A stretch of DNA of 64,000 nucleotides from Eukaryota sp. GEM-RC1 (lineage: Eukaryota): assembly GCA_040285855.1 (NCBI GenBank), contig JAUFOQ010000005.1:372001-436000 (forward strand). Reading direction: 5' to 3'. How positions within the stretch are numbered: the first letter of the stretch is position 1; every line of letters begins with the position of its first letter. The notes beneath the pieces were generated by a model that was not told the DNA's origin, did not search any database, and saw only the letters and a program-made list of their open reading frames with translations. The position numbers and the translations under genes are program-made. Positions 12,880 through 25,564 of the stretch are shown here, piece after piece.

Positions 12880-13153
12880 TATTGACCAAAGGTTTCAAGT
12901 TTTTCGATAGTAAAGCAGTTGTACATGGAGATCTCAAGCCAGAAAAAACGTGTTGATTGTGGATGATAGAATCAGAATTGCTGATTTCGGAACTTCTAGA
13001 AACATTGAATCAACTTCAACCGTTCCAAGAACTAATGCAATGACTGTTCGTTATGCCGCTCCAGAACAATTCGACAACATGATCACTCCTCAAAGTGACA
13101 TCTACTCACTTGGAATTATCTTGTATGAATTGTTCCAAAACAAAAGGATCTAA
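12880..13153 (+). pseudogene. Protein kinase fragment, truncated where the Fanzor-bearing element begins
   Basis: VVHGDLKPE (frameshift) VLIVDDRIRIADFGTSRN...YAAPEQF...SDIYSLGIILYEL. Similarity stops at ~13150. Confidence 0.85.
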
Positions 13154-13679
13154 AATATCACAAATTTGAAAAGCGTTGTTCAATTTAAATGTGTTCAAAT
13201 ATCTTCCTTTTCAGGGAAGTAATGGATAGCGTTCAATTCTAGGTGATAATCACCCCAACCTCGACCATCGCGTAGTGAGCTCAACCGTTGAGCCCACTTA
13301 AAGAAGTTCAACGGCGAGTTGGATTGAAGTCATCTGCGTGAAACCCTTTTGCCTTTCCGGATGTAAAGCGCAAAAACACCAACGCAAAACCCCTCAGGTA
13401 CGTACGATTTACACACTTATGTCAGCAAGAGAACAGCAAGGATCTGTCTTAAAGAGAAGACCAGTACAACATATGATGAAGAAGTCATAATGTCAAGTTG
13501 TCAGTGTCAACATCAGCTATAAATAGTTGAAATCTCTTTGACCGGTATCTTTGTCATTCCCTTTTTCGACTTCCAAACACTGCAAAGTGTTTTGGGTAAT
13601 AGTAACAGGATTCAGTTACTCGCACTATCACACGTCGTTTCTCAACAGTCATTTTTATCAACAGTCATCTCAGTTTGCT

Positions 13680-13724
13680 CATGATTTAACCACGGACGGA
13701 GACATAGAGTTCAATCCAGGACCT
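13680..13724 (+). other. 2A-like (StopGo) ribosome-skipping motif
   Basis: HDLTTDGDIEFNPGP matches D(V/I)ExNPGP with the typical DLTxxGD upstream context. Confidence 0.75.
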
Positions 13725-13765
13725 CATCTTACAGATGAGCAACTGAGATCCGTTTTGCACCAAAC

Positions 13766-14365
13766 GTAGACAATATCGACACGTTAGAGCCCAACGTCTG
13801 GGTTAATGATGATGATGTCATCGACTTATACGGTGATTTTCTAACAAAAAGCAGCAGTTGTTGTAAGTACTTTCAAATCAATGACATGATTGGTGCTTTT
13901 GGTGTTTATTATTTTCAATTATTATTAAAAAAGTTCGATTACCTAATTACTTCAATGAATGATTGTGTTCCGAAGAAACGACTTATATTCATGCCAATCA
14001 ACGATGGCCTTTTCGGTAAAACTCCGACTCATTGGACACTTCTAATTTGCGACATTAAGATCAAACGACTTTTTTCAATCGATTCAACGTATACTGAAGA
14101 AGAACACTTCAAACAACTGGCGACTACAATTCGAACTTCTCGCAATGAAACAGTAGTCCAACGTTTACAGCAAGATTTGTTTAATGACGCAGATTACATG
14201 TATATGGATAAACTAGTTGTAAAGCAAGAGCAAACTAAACACGATTGTGGACCTTTTATTCTAATGTACATTCAAAAGTGTGTTGCCTTAACAGACTCAT
14301 CTATTGATTGTTCATCTATCGATTTTAAAGAAATTATAGCCAAACTCGTAACTATGATGCTCTAA
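13766..14365 (+). pseudogene. Ulp1/SENP (C48) cysteine protease domain 1
   Basis: IDTLEPNVWVNDDDVIDLYG, FMPIN...THWTLLICD...SIDS, QEQTKHDCGPFILMY (His-Asp-Gln-Cys). One frameshift from the 2A frame. Confidence 0.85.
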
Positions 14366-14367
14366 AA

Positions 14368-15534
14368 ATGCGGAAAGAAGCTTTGACTCATTTTATATCT
14401 ACTCAATCAGCAGAGAGGGCTGAACGTGCTAGAGAAGTATTAAGGCAACGGTTTCCTACAGAAACCCAACAAGTGCCATTGACTACTCCTAATCAACTTC
14501 TCAACTCAAATCGTACAAGAAAAAGAACATCTTCTCGTCAATCTAGAAAACAACCTCCAAAAAAGAAGAAATTTTCTCAAAAATCTCAAATTATACAACA
14601 TCAACATCGTGGAATTCTAACACAATCTCGTCCTAGACCTCTCATACTTAGATCACGTGATCAAATTGACTCACTGAAACCCAATGTGCTGCTTCATGAT
14701 TCTGTCATTGACTTTTTTGGTCAGTACATTGCTGAAAAGAGTAATCCATGCGAGTTCTTTGAAGTAGCCAACATTCAAGATGCAGTCAATCTTTCACAGT
14801 ATAACATAATGTTTGAACAATTTAGAGAGGTTCAATTATCAATGGGCAAATCCAGTAAAAGACACACTAAAAAGTGTAAGAAACGTTTCTTGTTTATTTC
14901 AATACATGACGGTCTCTTTGGTACAACAGCCACTCACTGGTCACTCTAAATCTGTGATATTGAAAATAAACAATACTTCTCTATTGACTCAATGTGTACA
15001 GCAGATCAACATTCTCAGTTTTCTAACACTTTATCACGTATTGACAATGTCATTTCACAATTACAACAATTCCTGTTTGATATGGCAAATTTCAGCTATA
15101 CAGCCAGAGTACCAGTTCAACAAGTCCAAACTCTTAATGACTGTGGTCTATTTATTCTAATGTATATGAATAAATTTGTCGAGTGTGAATCAACATCAAC
15201 AAGTCTTTTCGAAATTCTGTCTCAAGTCGCTAATTGTATTGTTTATAATGCATTAGAAATGAGAAAACAAATACTGTCTCAAATCGTTACTACTCACCCT
15301 GATGAATACCGACAATATGTATGTACTCATGCCCAAGGTATTTTAAATGAGTTTTATACTGATGAGATTGAATCACCTGTTAATCAACCTGTACAGTGTC
15401 AATCTGAAAGTTTAACTCCTGAAACAATGGCAGATGATAGTAATTACAAGGAAACGGTATCAAAGCTCACCTATCAAAACTTTCTGAAAAGTTTACCTGG
15501 AAATTTGTCTAATCGGAAAAGAGGCGTCTTTTGA
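14368..15534 (+). pseudogene. Ulp1/SENP (C48) protease domain 2 plus linkers
   Basis: IDSLKPNVLLHDSVIDFFG, THWSL*ICD..SIDS (in-frame TAA at 14947), QVQTLNDCGLFILMY. A clear tandem paralog of domain 1. Confidence 0.85.
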
Positions 15535-16487
15535 AGTTCAAAATGATTGAACAAGCGCTGAAAGGGGCTGGAGAATTGTTTCAAGAAAGTTATAATAACT
15601 TTAGTCGTCCAGAGTTGACAGATCTTCCAGAAATTAATTTATCAACTCCAAAAATAAATGTTGCTGCTTGTGAGAAACCTGATACAACAGAAACAACAGC
15701 AGCAACAGTTAATAGTAAGACAACAGTTGCCAAAAGGAAAACCACCAAACCAAAAGCAAGTGGAGTATCCAATGCGACAAAGAGTTTGAAACCTCCTAAG
15801 AAGCCAATGGTTGAGTTTCTCAAACATTCCCAATTACCAAAAAACTCTAATCATTGTTCCATATTGTCTTTTGATATTGAAACTAGAGAAATTGATCAAA
15901 TCCCTGCAGAGACAGTTCCAGAGGAGTTGGATGATCAAAGAAAGAACGAGAATGAATCTCTCAAAATGAAAAGTGATGCAGAAAGAGAAGTGTGGATTGA
16001 AAATCAACAAGTATTTATGATTTCTGGAGTGTTTGGTCATTTTATAAAAGATCAATTTTACTTTCAAGACAATTTTGTTGCAACTTATGAGTTGACTCAT
16101 GAATCTGATGTTGAACTGCCACCTGATTGTAGAACCCTTCGATTTTTTGAAGACGAAAAACAGTTACTAGAGTTTTTTGTCAACTATTTGAATGATAAAA
16201 CACCTTCTATGTTAACTGGATTTAACATCACTGACTTCGATAATGTTGTTTTAGACAAAAGGATTGATACACTTGGAGTAGACTTTCCAGAACCAATGCT
16301 AGATGACACAACTAAATCTCATATATCACCTTTATGGCAGAAAGTTTGTTCTGAATGGGCTGGTAGAATTGTCTGTGATTCATACGTTTATGCTAAGCAA
16401 TTTATTGTTTCAAAATGTTCAAAATCTTTAAGAGCATTAAGTTGGTTTTTATTAAACGAATCTAAAGGACGTCTTTCAAAAGACTGA
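15531..16487 (+). pseudogene. Family-B DNA polymerase 3'-5' exonuclease-like domain (DEDD)
   Basis: ExoI ILSFDIET (~15870), FEDEKQLLEFF, ExoII LTGFNITDFD (~16218), GRIVCDSY...SLRALSWFLLNESK. ExoIII and the polymerase domain are not seen. Confidence 0.85.
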
Positions 16488-16489
16488 TC

Positions 16490-17550
16490 AAGAAGAAAAA
16501 ATGTCAAAAAAAAGAACAGACGGTGTTTCGTTGGAGACTTAGACAAGTTAAAAATGTCTTTCTTGAAGGCAACAGAAATGACACTCCAAAAACCACTGCA
16601 GAAATAAAACAATTTATTCAAAGATGCAGAAATTCTTCAAGACGACAGTAATAGAAGTTTGAACATTGCAGGTAAAATTAAACTTCTGTGGGCAACTAAC
16701 GACTATGTTGAACAATTGTTTAAAGATAAATATTTTATTGATGTTCTCTTTCCACCATCATTTGATATTCAAAATGCTAATGGTGTTTATAAAAAGAAAG
16801 TCGTTAAATCTCTACTAAAAATCAGTTCGTGAACATCCTCAATCCTTTATTAAAACTGCTTTTCAAATAAATTACTATCTTGAAAGTGAAGGAGCAAGTG
16901 CTTACAATGTAATTGGGATTGTTCGTCACGTCACACCAGGTTTCTTTGAAATAGACACACAAGGTCTTTGGGGAATATTACGTTCCACTTTGTCAACACA
17001 ACAAGTGAATGTCAAGAAGAAAATGTCTGTTTGGAATACAAAGAATGAAATTGCACACATGACTCCTGCTGAACAAAATCAATTCTGGTCACATTTTTTC
17101 AACTTTAATCGTGCATTTATAAAGAAAGGTTATAAGTTTAACAATACCATTAAAACTGATGGTTTCTCTGCTTGTGTTGAACTGACTAGAGAGGACTGTG
17201 TTGGAATGTCATTTAAACCAGACAGTGCAAAGTTCTCCAGTAAAGAAGAATATGTTCAAGACTATGATGTTGACGAGTTTTCATTGAAAACAAAAGTGTT
17301 TATTGATCCTGGAAATTCAGATTTACTCTATTTTTGTTCAGAGAAAGTAAATAAAACCCGAGAAAGAAGAGACAAAGAATACGAGTGGCCAAGATTGACA
17401 GAGACAGAATGGTCCATATGGTCAAGGGTTCATCAAAAGTTTAGAAGGGGAAAGAAAAAAGAATTCATTCTCCAAGATGGAAAAACAGTTGAACAAGAAG
17501 AGTCAACATTGTCGAAAGAAAATTCGAAGTCCACTCTTTATGACATATTG
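16490..17550 (+). pseudogene. Fanzor1 (TnpB-like RuvC nuclease), partial
   Basis: VREHPQSFIKTAFQINYYLESEG...TPGFFEIDT, FWSHFF...YKFNNTIKTDGFSACV, EEYV, RuvC-I KVFIDPGNSDLLY (~17302), GKTVEQEESTLSKENSK. RuvC-II/III not seen. Confidence 0.8.
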
Positions 17551-17986
17551 GTAAATAATAAATGGAGTTTTTTGTTTTTCATTAGCAGGAATAAGTCAGG
17601 CCAAATAACTACTGAAGATGTTTCAGATCTTCCTCTAAATGTCCTCGCCATCCAACTAAACCTCTAGAACATTTCTAGACCAAGAAGAAGTTATTACAAG
17701 AAGAATCCAAAATTATGGACAAATGTCAAATAACCAGAGTGTTTGAAAAGATAATATCATTCTAGAGTCTATTGATCCTGATTCTATCATTAAAGGTTTC
17801 CCTTCAAATGATGACGTGGATGAGTGGTTCAAAAGTTTGCTTTTAGTGGAGGGTTTTCTAGCTTGACCCCCTTGGTTTTCTGAGATTAAGGTGATAACAT
17901 AACGTCAAATGTAAAACGGATTGCATATTATATATAAATAAAAAGTCTTACATTTTGGGAATTAGTATGTGTTAATCTTAGATTTT

Positions 17987-19645
17987 AAAAAAGAAAAAAC
18001 AATAGTAAAAAAGATTCTGAGTAGTGAAAATTCCTTCCTCCACCGAGTAGAACCATTTAAACCAGTAATTAAAACAAAGAAGTGTTGAAAGAAGATGAGT
18101 AAACAACTCTCAATTAAGACTGATAATGAATAAATGAAGAAGTTGATAGGTAACTATTAAATCAGTAGCATTAACTTAAGTAGACTCAAAACTAATACTT
18201 AACAATGTTATTAGTTTAGTAAAAAGGAAATTTAGGATCCAATAATCTCCATTAATCAAGTTCTTTTGGACTCATTCAGAATAAAAAGAACAATGAACAT
18301 GGTCTTAATAAAAGCTTTTTTCGGAAAGTATATCAAAAAACACGTGTTCTATTACTTTCATTGAGAATTATACCAAGAAAGTACAACAATCAGTCAATTC
18401 AAAAGACTGTAGATTTAGGTAGTGTGAATGCTGGAAAGTAAGTAACACTGTCATTAGTGATAAATAAGGTACCTTAATAGATAGTAACTCATGTTAGACA
18501 TTCGAATCAGAGTTTTCTTGAGATTGAAGTGATGACCTAAATCAGTGGTGAGTACTAGTGTTTGACAAGTAGAGAGTCACAAAGGTCAGGAGACGAGAGA
18601 ACTGGCAAGACATTACTTTGAGAGGGAGAAAGAAGGAAGGAATTGAAGGAGTGTGAAGGACGAGGAGAAGCCACAGAGCTTGGAGGTGGAGATTCACCAG
18701 TTTTAGTTAAAGGAATTGAGAGAAACTTCAGACTGGTAAACACGTTCTTATGTAGTTGTTGGATTCAGATCAAACGATACTTTTGCATCTCTGTAGGAGT
18801 TTGATTGGTCACAGCGACGTGAAGATGGAACATCGAAAGGACTTTGAGAAGAAGTAGATCAAGAAAAGAAAGAGTTGTATCTCCAATTGAATCGGATTGA
18901 GCAGTAGAATCGTGGCGCGCCACTAAGAGCGTCCCATTTTGATCAGGAGAAGGTTACAGGTATGACATTGTGAGGAGAGGACATGAACTTGTCTCTTTGA
19001 TTCAACTCTCTCAAACTTCACATTTATGTTCTTTGCTCTACAATGTTGCTCTACTCGTCTACTCTCTTCTTCACTTCTCTATTAGTTCACAACGGAGGAT
19101 CAATTATCTCATTTACAGACCAATTCTTCTTCGTCAATTGAGTGTTGTGTACGTGACACGTTACCAGAAGTAATCCTTGACACGTGTTAACACGGTGTTA
19201 GGAAACATGTTTGTTGTTATCATACTCTAGTTGAGTCTGTTCTCTAACTTTTTCTTGATTAAACATCTATACTTGAGACTATTTCTCGATTCAACTACCT
19301 ACATGTCTATTTCTCTTGGATAACCTGATCATTCTTTGAGTTTCATGTTTGTTACTTTACTTTGGATTCCTGGTTGATCACGTCATCAATTCAATCACTT
19401 CATACTGATTGGTTTCTTTCAAGTTCAATGATCTCTTGGTCTCACACTTTTTTAAATTGTTAGGACCTCTAACTTAGGTATCATTTATTGTATTTCCATG
19501 TATACTGCCATTTTGTTTTGGTCCACGAACAATTCTTAAGTTTACGTCTTCATTCTAGTTCAATTGCTTCCATTATTTGATTTGAAACTCAAGAAGATTG
19601 TTCATGATAGATATTCCACTACTTTGTTGGAAGTAATTTCCAGCA
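17987..19645 (-). repeat. Block A partial inverted copy
   Basis: Reverse complement of ~7476..8990 and 47880..49370 (e.g. CACGTGTTAACACGGTGTTAGGAAAC). Confidence 0.85.
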
Positions 19646-20979
19646 CTGTATCATGAACCTTAGTGATGATATCTGGCTGACATTTCCCCTTGGCTCAGCT
19701 ATACTTAGTCACTCATAGGTTGAAATCAGTCTTTTGCACTCTCCAGTATCGTTGTTAAAGCTGTTTGATAACCAGCAATTTGAACCCAAAAAGGATATCA
19801 GAGTCTAATCATTTACAGATTCGGAATCACGTCTCGGATGGCAAATGAAAGTCAATTTGTCTGGTTTGATTGGTGAATGATTCTGGAACTGTCTTAAAAC
19901 CAGGCCAAGTTGCCAATGCTTTCAACTTCTTCCAATAAGAATTCGATGAGACAAGATTTGATCATCTTCATTTTTGTCAAAGTAGTCAAACAAATTTCAT
20001 GTTCAAATATCAATTTCCCCAATTGTTCCACAATGCGCGTATCTCTAACTATGATCTTGTTTTTTTTAGAGTTCGGAATTTCAAAATTAACTGTGAGATT
20101 GTTGAAAGATCTTAAATTTTTTTGTTTCGTACAATTCTTCGAATTCTTGTCATCCAAGAGTAGATAGTAGTAATATTCGGATGCATCGCTTGTATTGACT
20201 CATTTAAATTGACCTGCATTCTTTCAAAAACTGTGAGCCACTCAAGTAGCGTCAACTACAGAATAGATCCCAAGATCTATTCGGCAGATTTTCTTCTATG
20301 AAAATATGTACAGTTTAGAAACAGTACATCCTAATTTAATGTATAAATAACTAATCTACTAGTATTTTGCAACAATTTATGTGACATGTGAAGGTAACTC
20401 GTCGCCTTTTCTACAACAGTTTCCTCTGTTATGGAAGCAAGATTAGCAGCTTTAATGTTTAATGTTTAAAGCTCTCAAAGACATGTTTTTTTAACAAAGT
20501 ATCTAACTCACGTACCCGAGGTTTGAAGACTGCAATTATTCAGTGTTGTCAAAGTAAGAGCTCTGGATTTTACCCAATGTAATGTAACTTGTTCTAGACA
20601 GGACCGTTTTTCTATTATCTCGTCATTCAAGGATTCTTCAAGGTCAGTACTCAAAGGCTTAAGTCCTACACTAGAATTTCCCTTCGAAAGGAAGAAGGGT
20701 ATGACCTCAGCCTGCCAGTCTTCCAATGGTGATCAAGATTCCGGTACTGAGAAAGAACAACAGTTTTGCTCTTTGTTTCTATTACAGTGAGGATATTTTG
20801 TTTATGGCCGTTTGTGAATTGCGTTTGATTACGTTCCAATTGGGGAGGTAACATGAGAATGAATCTTAACTTCTACAAACTGGAAGATGAGGTGATGAAT
20901 AATATTCTTGTTGGAAACGTTTCAGGCAACTCGATAATAGGAATTAGCATCATTCATCCATGGGGCAATCAGTCAGTCA

Positions 20980-21463
20980 TAGGGTTGGTGGACCACTGTT
21001 AATTCTCGCCTTGTACTTCTGGGCCAGCCGGCTTGATCATTGTAATTGCTGATTTTATCCATTTTTTGCACAAACAATAAATACTTAACTACACAACAGT
21101 TGCTTATAGAAGCTTACCAAAAGCAATCACTTTACAATACATTATTGATTTGGATAAAAACTGGTGTGATGTCGTACAATAGCCTACATACGAAATAGTT
21201 ATTAATAATGGAAGATAATAGTAGGACAATACAAACAGTGATAAAAAAGACAACGTATTTGTAATAAATTGTACTACTGTTAAAAATCAGATTGATTTAT
21301 AATCACATCAGTGATCAATCTCCATCATGGTGATTGTAATAACTGATACATATGATTGGAGATATATATTGAATCTGACAGTTTTGTTGTCAAAATATGA
21401 GTTAATCGTAAGCCAGCACAACATAGGACTAGCCGGCTTAAATCGGGCCGGTCGCCAACCCTA
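20980..21463. mobile_element. hAT-type MITE (484 bp)
   Basis: TIRs TAGGGTTGGTGGACC / GGTCGCCAACCCTA and an 8-bp TSD GTCAGTCA / GTTAGTCA (1 mismatch). Confidence 0.8.
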
Positions 21464-21773
21464 GTTAGTCACGTCATCAAGTTTGGTCATAATTCATGAC
21501 CAGACTTTTCATGGTGAGTTGCTGCGTGTTAATAAAACACTTTTCTGTTTGAATTTTTGAAGCCTTTCCGGTGGATGGACTTACTCTGTTGAATTGCAAT
21601 ATTTACCGTTGGATTCAATCTGCTAAAGATTTGGTATCATCGATGTAGAATCTTTGTTATCTGCTCACTTAAAGGAGACTCCTTTTATAAATATTTCGTC
21701 TCTACCATGTACTGTGTGTAAACTGCCACATTAATTGACTGAGAAGTTTGAACTCTTGTACTTTAATAATAAT

Positions 21774-22004
21774 CATACCTAGGAAATACACGAAAACATT
21801 TCCAAATACAGATACAAATACAGAATACAGAGACATCATTGGTCATAAGATTCGGCTGTTGACGTAGCATTGTACTTCGGATTGTTGTTATACAAGCTTG
21901 TATTTCATAATCACAGTGGAACAGATATTTTTTCACATGTATTCCAAATTTGGTTCCAAAAATTTGCAGTTAATTGTTGTTACTGAAGATCAACCAAGAT
22001 CACC

Positions 22005-22036
<32 letters not shown>

Positions 22037-23465
22037 GGAAAGAATCAAAGAACCTGAAGCATCTACTGCTAACTGTTGGAGTCAGTTGTGCAGCATCTGA
22101 GAGCTCAATACCAGAGCCTCTAAATCTTGGAAAAAACTCAGCAAAAAGCTGAAACGTAATAATTACAGAGTTTCGAAAAGAATAGAGAAGGTTTGAATCA
22201 TATCTTTCAAATTCTGACATAGTATGTATGTTAATATATCATTGCAAATAAACTTCCTAGTTTTGAATCAAATTGAAGAAGAAAAAGTTTTACGTGTACG
22301 GAAATATAAAGCTATTTTCTCCTCCGTGAATAATTAGATCAACTACACCAATCGGTTTAAGTAGTCTGGACCAGACTAATTCTTAAAAAGGTTTTTAGAC
22401 CCCAAAAATAACAAATATAGTCTGAAGCATACTATTTCTAGTCCAGACTCATTCTTTATCCAGACTATTTAAACCGATTGGTGTAGAGTAATAATATATC
22501 TTTACAGTTGACAATCATTGTTATGACTTTCTGAAGTTATTATCTTAGCTACTGTACATTACTGTGAGTTACTGTGTTACTAGATCTCTTACATCTTTGT
22601 GATTGTGTTTTCTTTGGAATGATAATTGAATACGAAGCATTAGAAAGAGCAGAATCTAAACACCTTCTGAAATAATTTCAGGGATCACGACTTCACGAAT
22701 ATGCTTCTTCGATTGGGTACGTGGACTGCAATTCTATTAAACTATTCATCTCCTACTTGTAAAATACAAATACTGTAGTTTTTTGCACTTTTGGATTTTC
22801 TGTATGTTTGTATTTTGTGAATTTGTTTACACTGAATTAATACTGTACTTGCTGCATTTTTATGGATAAAACGGTACCAGAACAATCTTTGGATGCAAAT
22901 GCACTGTTCATTTTTATCTCTATCTACGTGTTGGACGTATTCTTTAAAATGCACATATTGGATGATCAAAGATCTCGTGGTCATGTAATTCTTCTCGAGA
23001 ACGAAGTTGTTTTTGATGATGAAAATGGTGTTACCATATACAACTGCGATAAATTGGAAGACGAATTGCAAGTTCTTGTTCTTGATGAATATCACGTTGT
23101 CACACACTTGTCTAATAATGAAGAATATCCCAATCTTCTTGACGTTTTTGGGGGAATCTCAACCTGTAGAATGTTGAGGTTGAAACAATGTGTTGGAAAG
23201 GCCTTCTTTTCTATTCCGAATAGAGGGCAAACTAAATAATTGATATATTGGTATTTGTTAGGGTATTTTTGATGTTTTGTTATGTTTTGTATCACCCATC
23301 TAGTTATCGTCATTGTCACTTTTAAATGCAAACAGTTCTCACCATGACTTTTACGAATGTTTTCTAAGGTCGACGTATGTTCTATTTTTCTGTATTAAAT
23401 GTAATTTCTGTATTTTTTGTATTTTCTGTAGTTTTTTCAGCGAGTGGCTGTATTTTCCAAGTATG
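21774..23465. mobile_element. Possible deleted hAT derivative
   Basis: Imperfect inverted ends CATACCTAGGAAATAC / GTATTTTCCAAGTATG with AATACA subterminal repeats, and an HNHSGTDIF hAT-like remnant at ~21905. No TSD. Confidence 0.35.
22346..22483. mobile_element. Tc1/mariner-type MITE (138 bp)
   Basis: 25-bp TIR CACCAATCGGTTTAAGTAGTCTGGA (1 mismatch) flanked by TA on both sides. Confidence 0.85.
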
Positions 23466-23499
23466 ATTCAACTTGCTCTTGTGGAGCTAATAGTGTTTT

Positions 23500-24190
23500 T
23501 CGTCATTTAATTAATGGTCGTTATTTTATTCATCTACGATTAGTTATTCATGATGGTGTAGTTTTTGATATATCGGAATACGTTTTTAATTCTCTCAATT
23601 AGTTGAGAAATTGTACAAGTTTGGTGTTAAGGTTAATGTTGAAAAACGTAATCTTTTACTCGAAGGGGATGAAGTCGTTCGGATTCGGTTCCAGTATTGT
23701 TTGTTTGTTTTTGCAAATTCATAATATGGAAGGAAAGTTACCTTTTATGGGTTCTGAATAAAGTTTCTTCCCTCTTTATGAGGACAAAGCGGTTGGAAGA
23801 TTTGATAGTGACGGGTGTTGTTTTAATAATATCTAATTATAGTTTTTTCGTTATATTACATCTATAAATTTTTCGTTTCTTTAAACAAACATACATTTTG
23901 GTTGTAAAATTGATTTGTATTCCAAAAATGTTGCTAATTTCAATCAAAATGTATATTTGTTCCATTTGCTATTTCTAGTTGTGGTAATATTGGTGAAATA
24001 ACTTCTACGTTTTTAACTGATTTTGAATCTGTGTGTAAGTCTCAAAATATGAGATTTAACTTATCAATTTGGCATAACCTTTTGATGTTTTCTTGTTCCG
24101 TTCGATGCTTAAGTTTTTTAAATCAATTTTGACAAAGTTGTATAAGAACTGTGGTACTGTTTACCAGGAATTTTCGGTGTCTAGTGTTTC
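23500..24190 (+). mobile_element. Degenerate RLE-type (CRE-like) non-LTR retrotransposon fragment
   Basis: KFGVKVNVEK (RT) and FVPFAISSCGNIGEITSTFLTDFESVCKSQNMRFNLSIW align with the C-terminus of the 24195..25480 element. Confidence 0.6.
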
Positions 24191-24194
24191 ATAG

Positions 24195-25480
24195 CTTTTA
24201 TTATGAAAAAGAACGGATTTATGTGCGGAGAAAAACGCACAACAAGAAAACAACATATAAATTCAGAAAATTAAAACAAATTATCAAACGAACTACCTAA
24301 TTCCGAAAAGTAGTTGCCTCCAAACAACTTGGACAAAATGGAATTAATATATCTATACATAGACCTGAACATCGAAAAAGTAAATTTGCTCTTCCAGTAC
24401 GGTCTGTTAAACTACTTGCCAAATTCTGAACACAAATTTTCAAATAAATTTAAAAACTCCTTGGTCGAAGAACCGAAATTACCGTACAAAGTAACTACAA
24501 AAGGCTGAAAGACGATATTCTTGTGTCTTCGTGGATTCAATGCAGCAACTTGATGTACGTACTTAGACACTTTAGCGTTCTCAGCGTCTTTCAGCGGATC
24601 ATTTGAAGTATTCAAAATATTGGCAATAACTGAAGCTTTGCAAGGATCAACGGTCGTAAAATCAACAACAATTTCTTGGCATGACAACCAATGGCCAATA
24701 AAATCACCACGTTTCTGAGTAGAATCAGGGTGATCTGAAAGATGAGAAAGTAACGGTTCAACTTTGCCATGGAAACCATTCGCCTTAAACATTTCCAAAC
24801 ATGTATCTCGAAGACTGTTGTGCAACATAGAACGGCAATATATGTATTTTGAACAATTGACCAAATGATGAAAGCTTTTTGTTTGTTTTTACAGATACAC
24901 ATGCTGTTCTGTAACACACCAAATGGCCAAAAACATAAACGAAGTCTCATATTAACAAACCATTCATGATCTTTTGGATTAAAAAGAAATCCCCCTGACA
25001 ATAGAGTAATGAAAGTAGATGCTGAGTCACTACTCATGTCTTGTAAAAATGCACAGAAAGCAGAACTTTTACCTTTAGGCAAGCTAATGCAGTTAGTATA
25101 GTCCAAGCTCTCATAGAAAGATACAAATTTGTTCTGCAATTTTTTAACACCAAGAGGAAGGGAAAAAAGCGTACGTTGAGGTGTTTCAGTCACAGATGCA
25201 GGAAACAAGGATTCCCAAACATCAGGGTTCATACCATCTACAAGATTTTGAAGTGCTATAAGTCAGTGACAAGGCCAATATCGAATGAAATCTTCATTAG
25301 ACCAAAGTAAAGGATAACGTAACTCAAATTCATAGCAGATTCTTCAAGCATCCTACAAAGGCGTTTTCACGTATATAACGAGCTCCGGAAAACCCAATTC
25401 CACCAAATCTAACAGCAGCAAATGAATGACGATGAATGGAAAGCTTTTTCGACTCTACCAGCTCTGACAAAAACTCTGTT
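24195..25480 (-). mobile_element. 5'-truncated RLE-type (CRE-like) non-LTR retrotransposon
   Basis: RT thumb AVRFGGIGF, MRLRLCFW, CCHC finger (CICKN...HLVNC), MLHNSLRD, PD-(D/E)xK endonuclease KRGD...VVDFTTVDP...AENAKVSKY...FQPFVVTLYGNFG. Frameshifted. Confidence 0.85.
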
Positions 25481-25564
25481 CTCAAAGACTAATTATGATG
25501 TGTAATTTAGTAACCACCATCAAAGCACTGTTTTTTGGCTGGTGGAAATAAATCAAAAAGAGAA

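Larger units (their letters stand above)
13151..17985 (+). mobile_element. Putative decayed element encoding a 2A-Ulp1-Ulp1-PolB exonuclease-Fanzor1 polyprotein (element F1)
   Basis: Bounded by a truncated kinase on the left and a truncated block-A copy on the right. All internal domains are co-directional. Ends are approximate and no TSD was seen. Confidence 0.7.

Noticed and set aside
15531..16487. Polinton/Maverick call based on the PolB-like domain and proteases
   Set aside because: No polymerase palm motifs, integrase, capsid, ATPase or long TIRs are seen, and the exonuclease motifs look more like cellular/viral RNA-primed PolB. An endogenous-virus origin is not fully excluded.
22003..22036. 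(ACA)n microsatellite producing poly-T/poly-V ORFs
   Set aside because: Simple repeat, so the ORFs are likely spurious.
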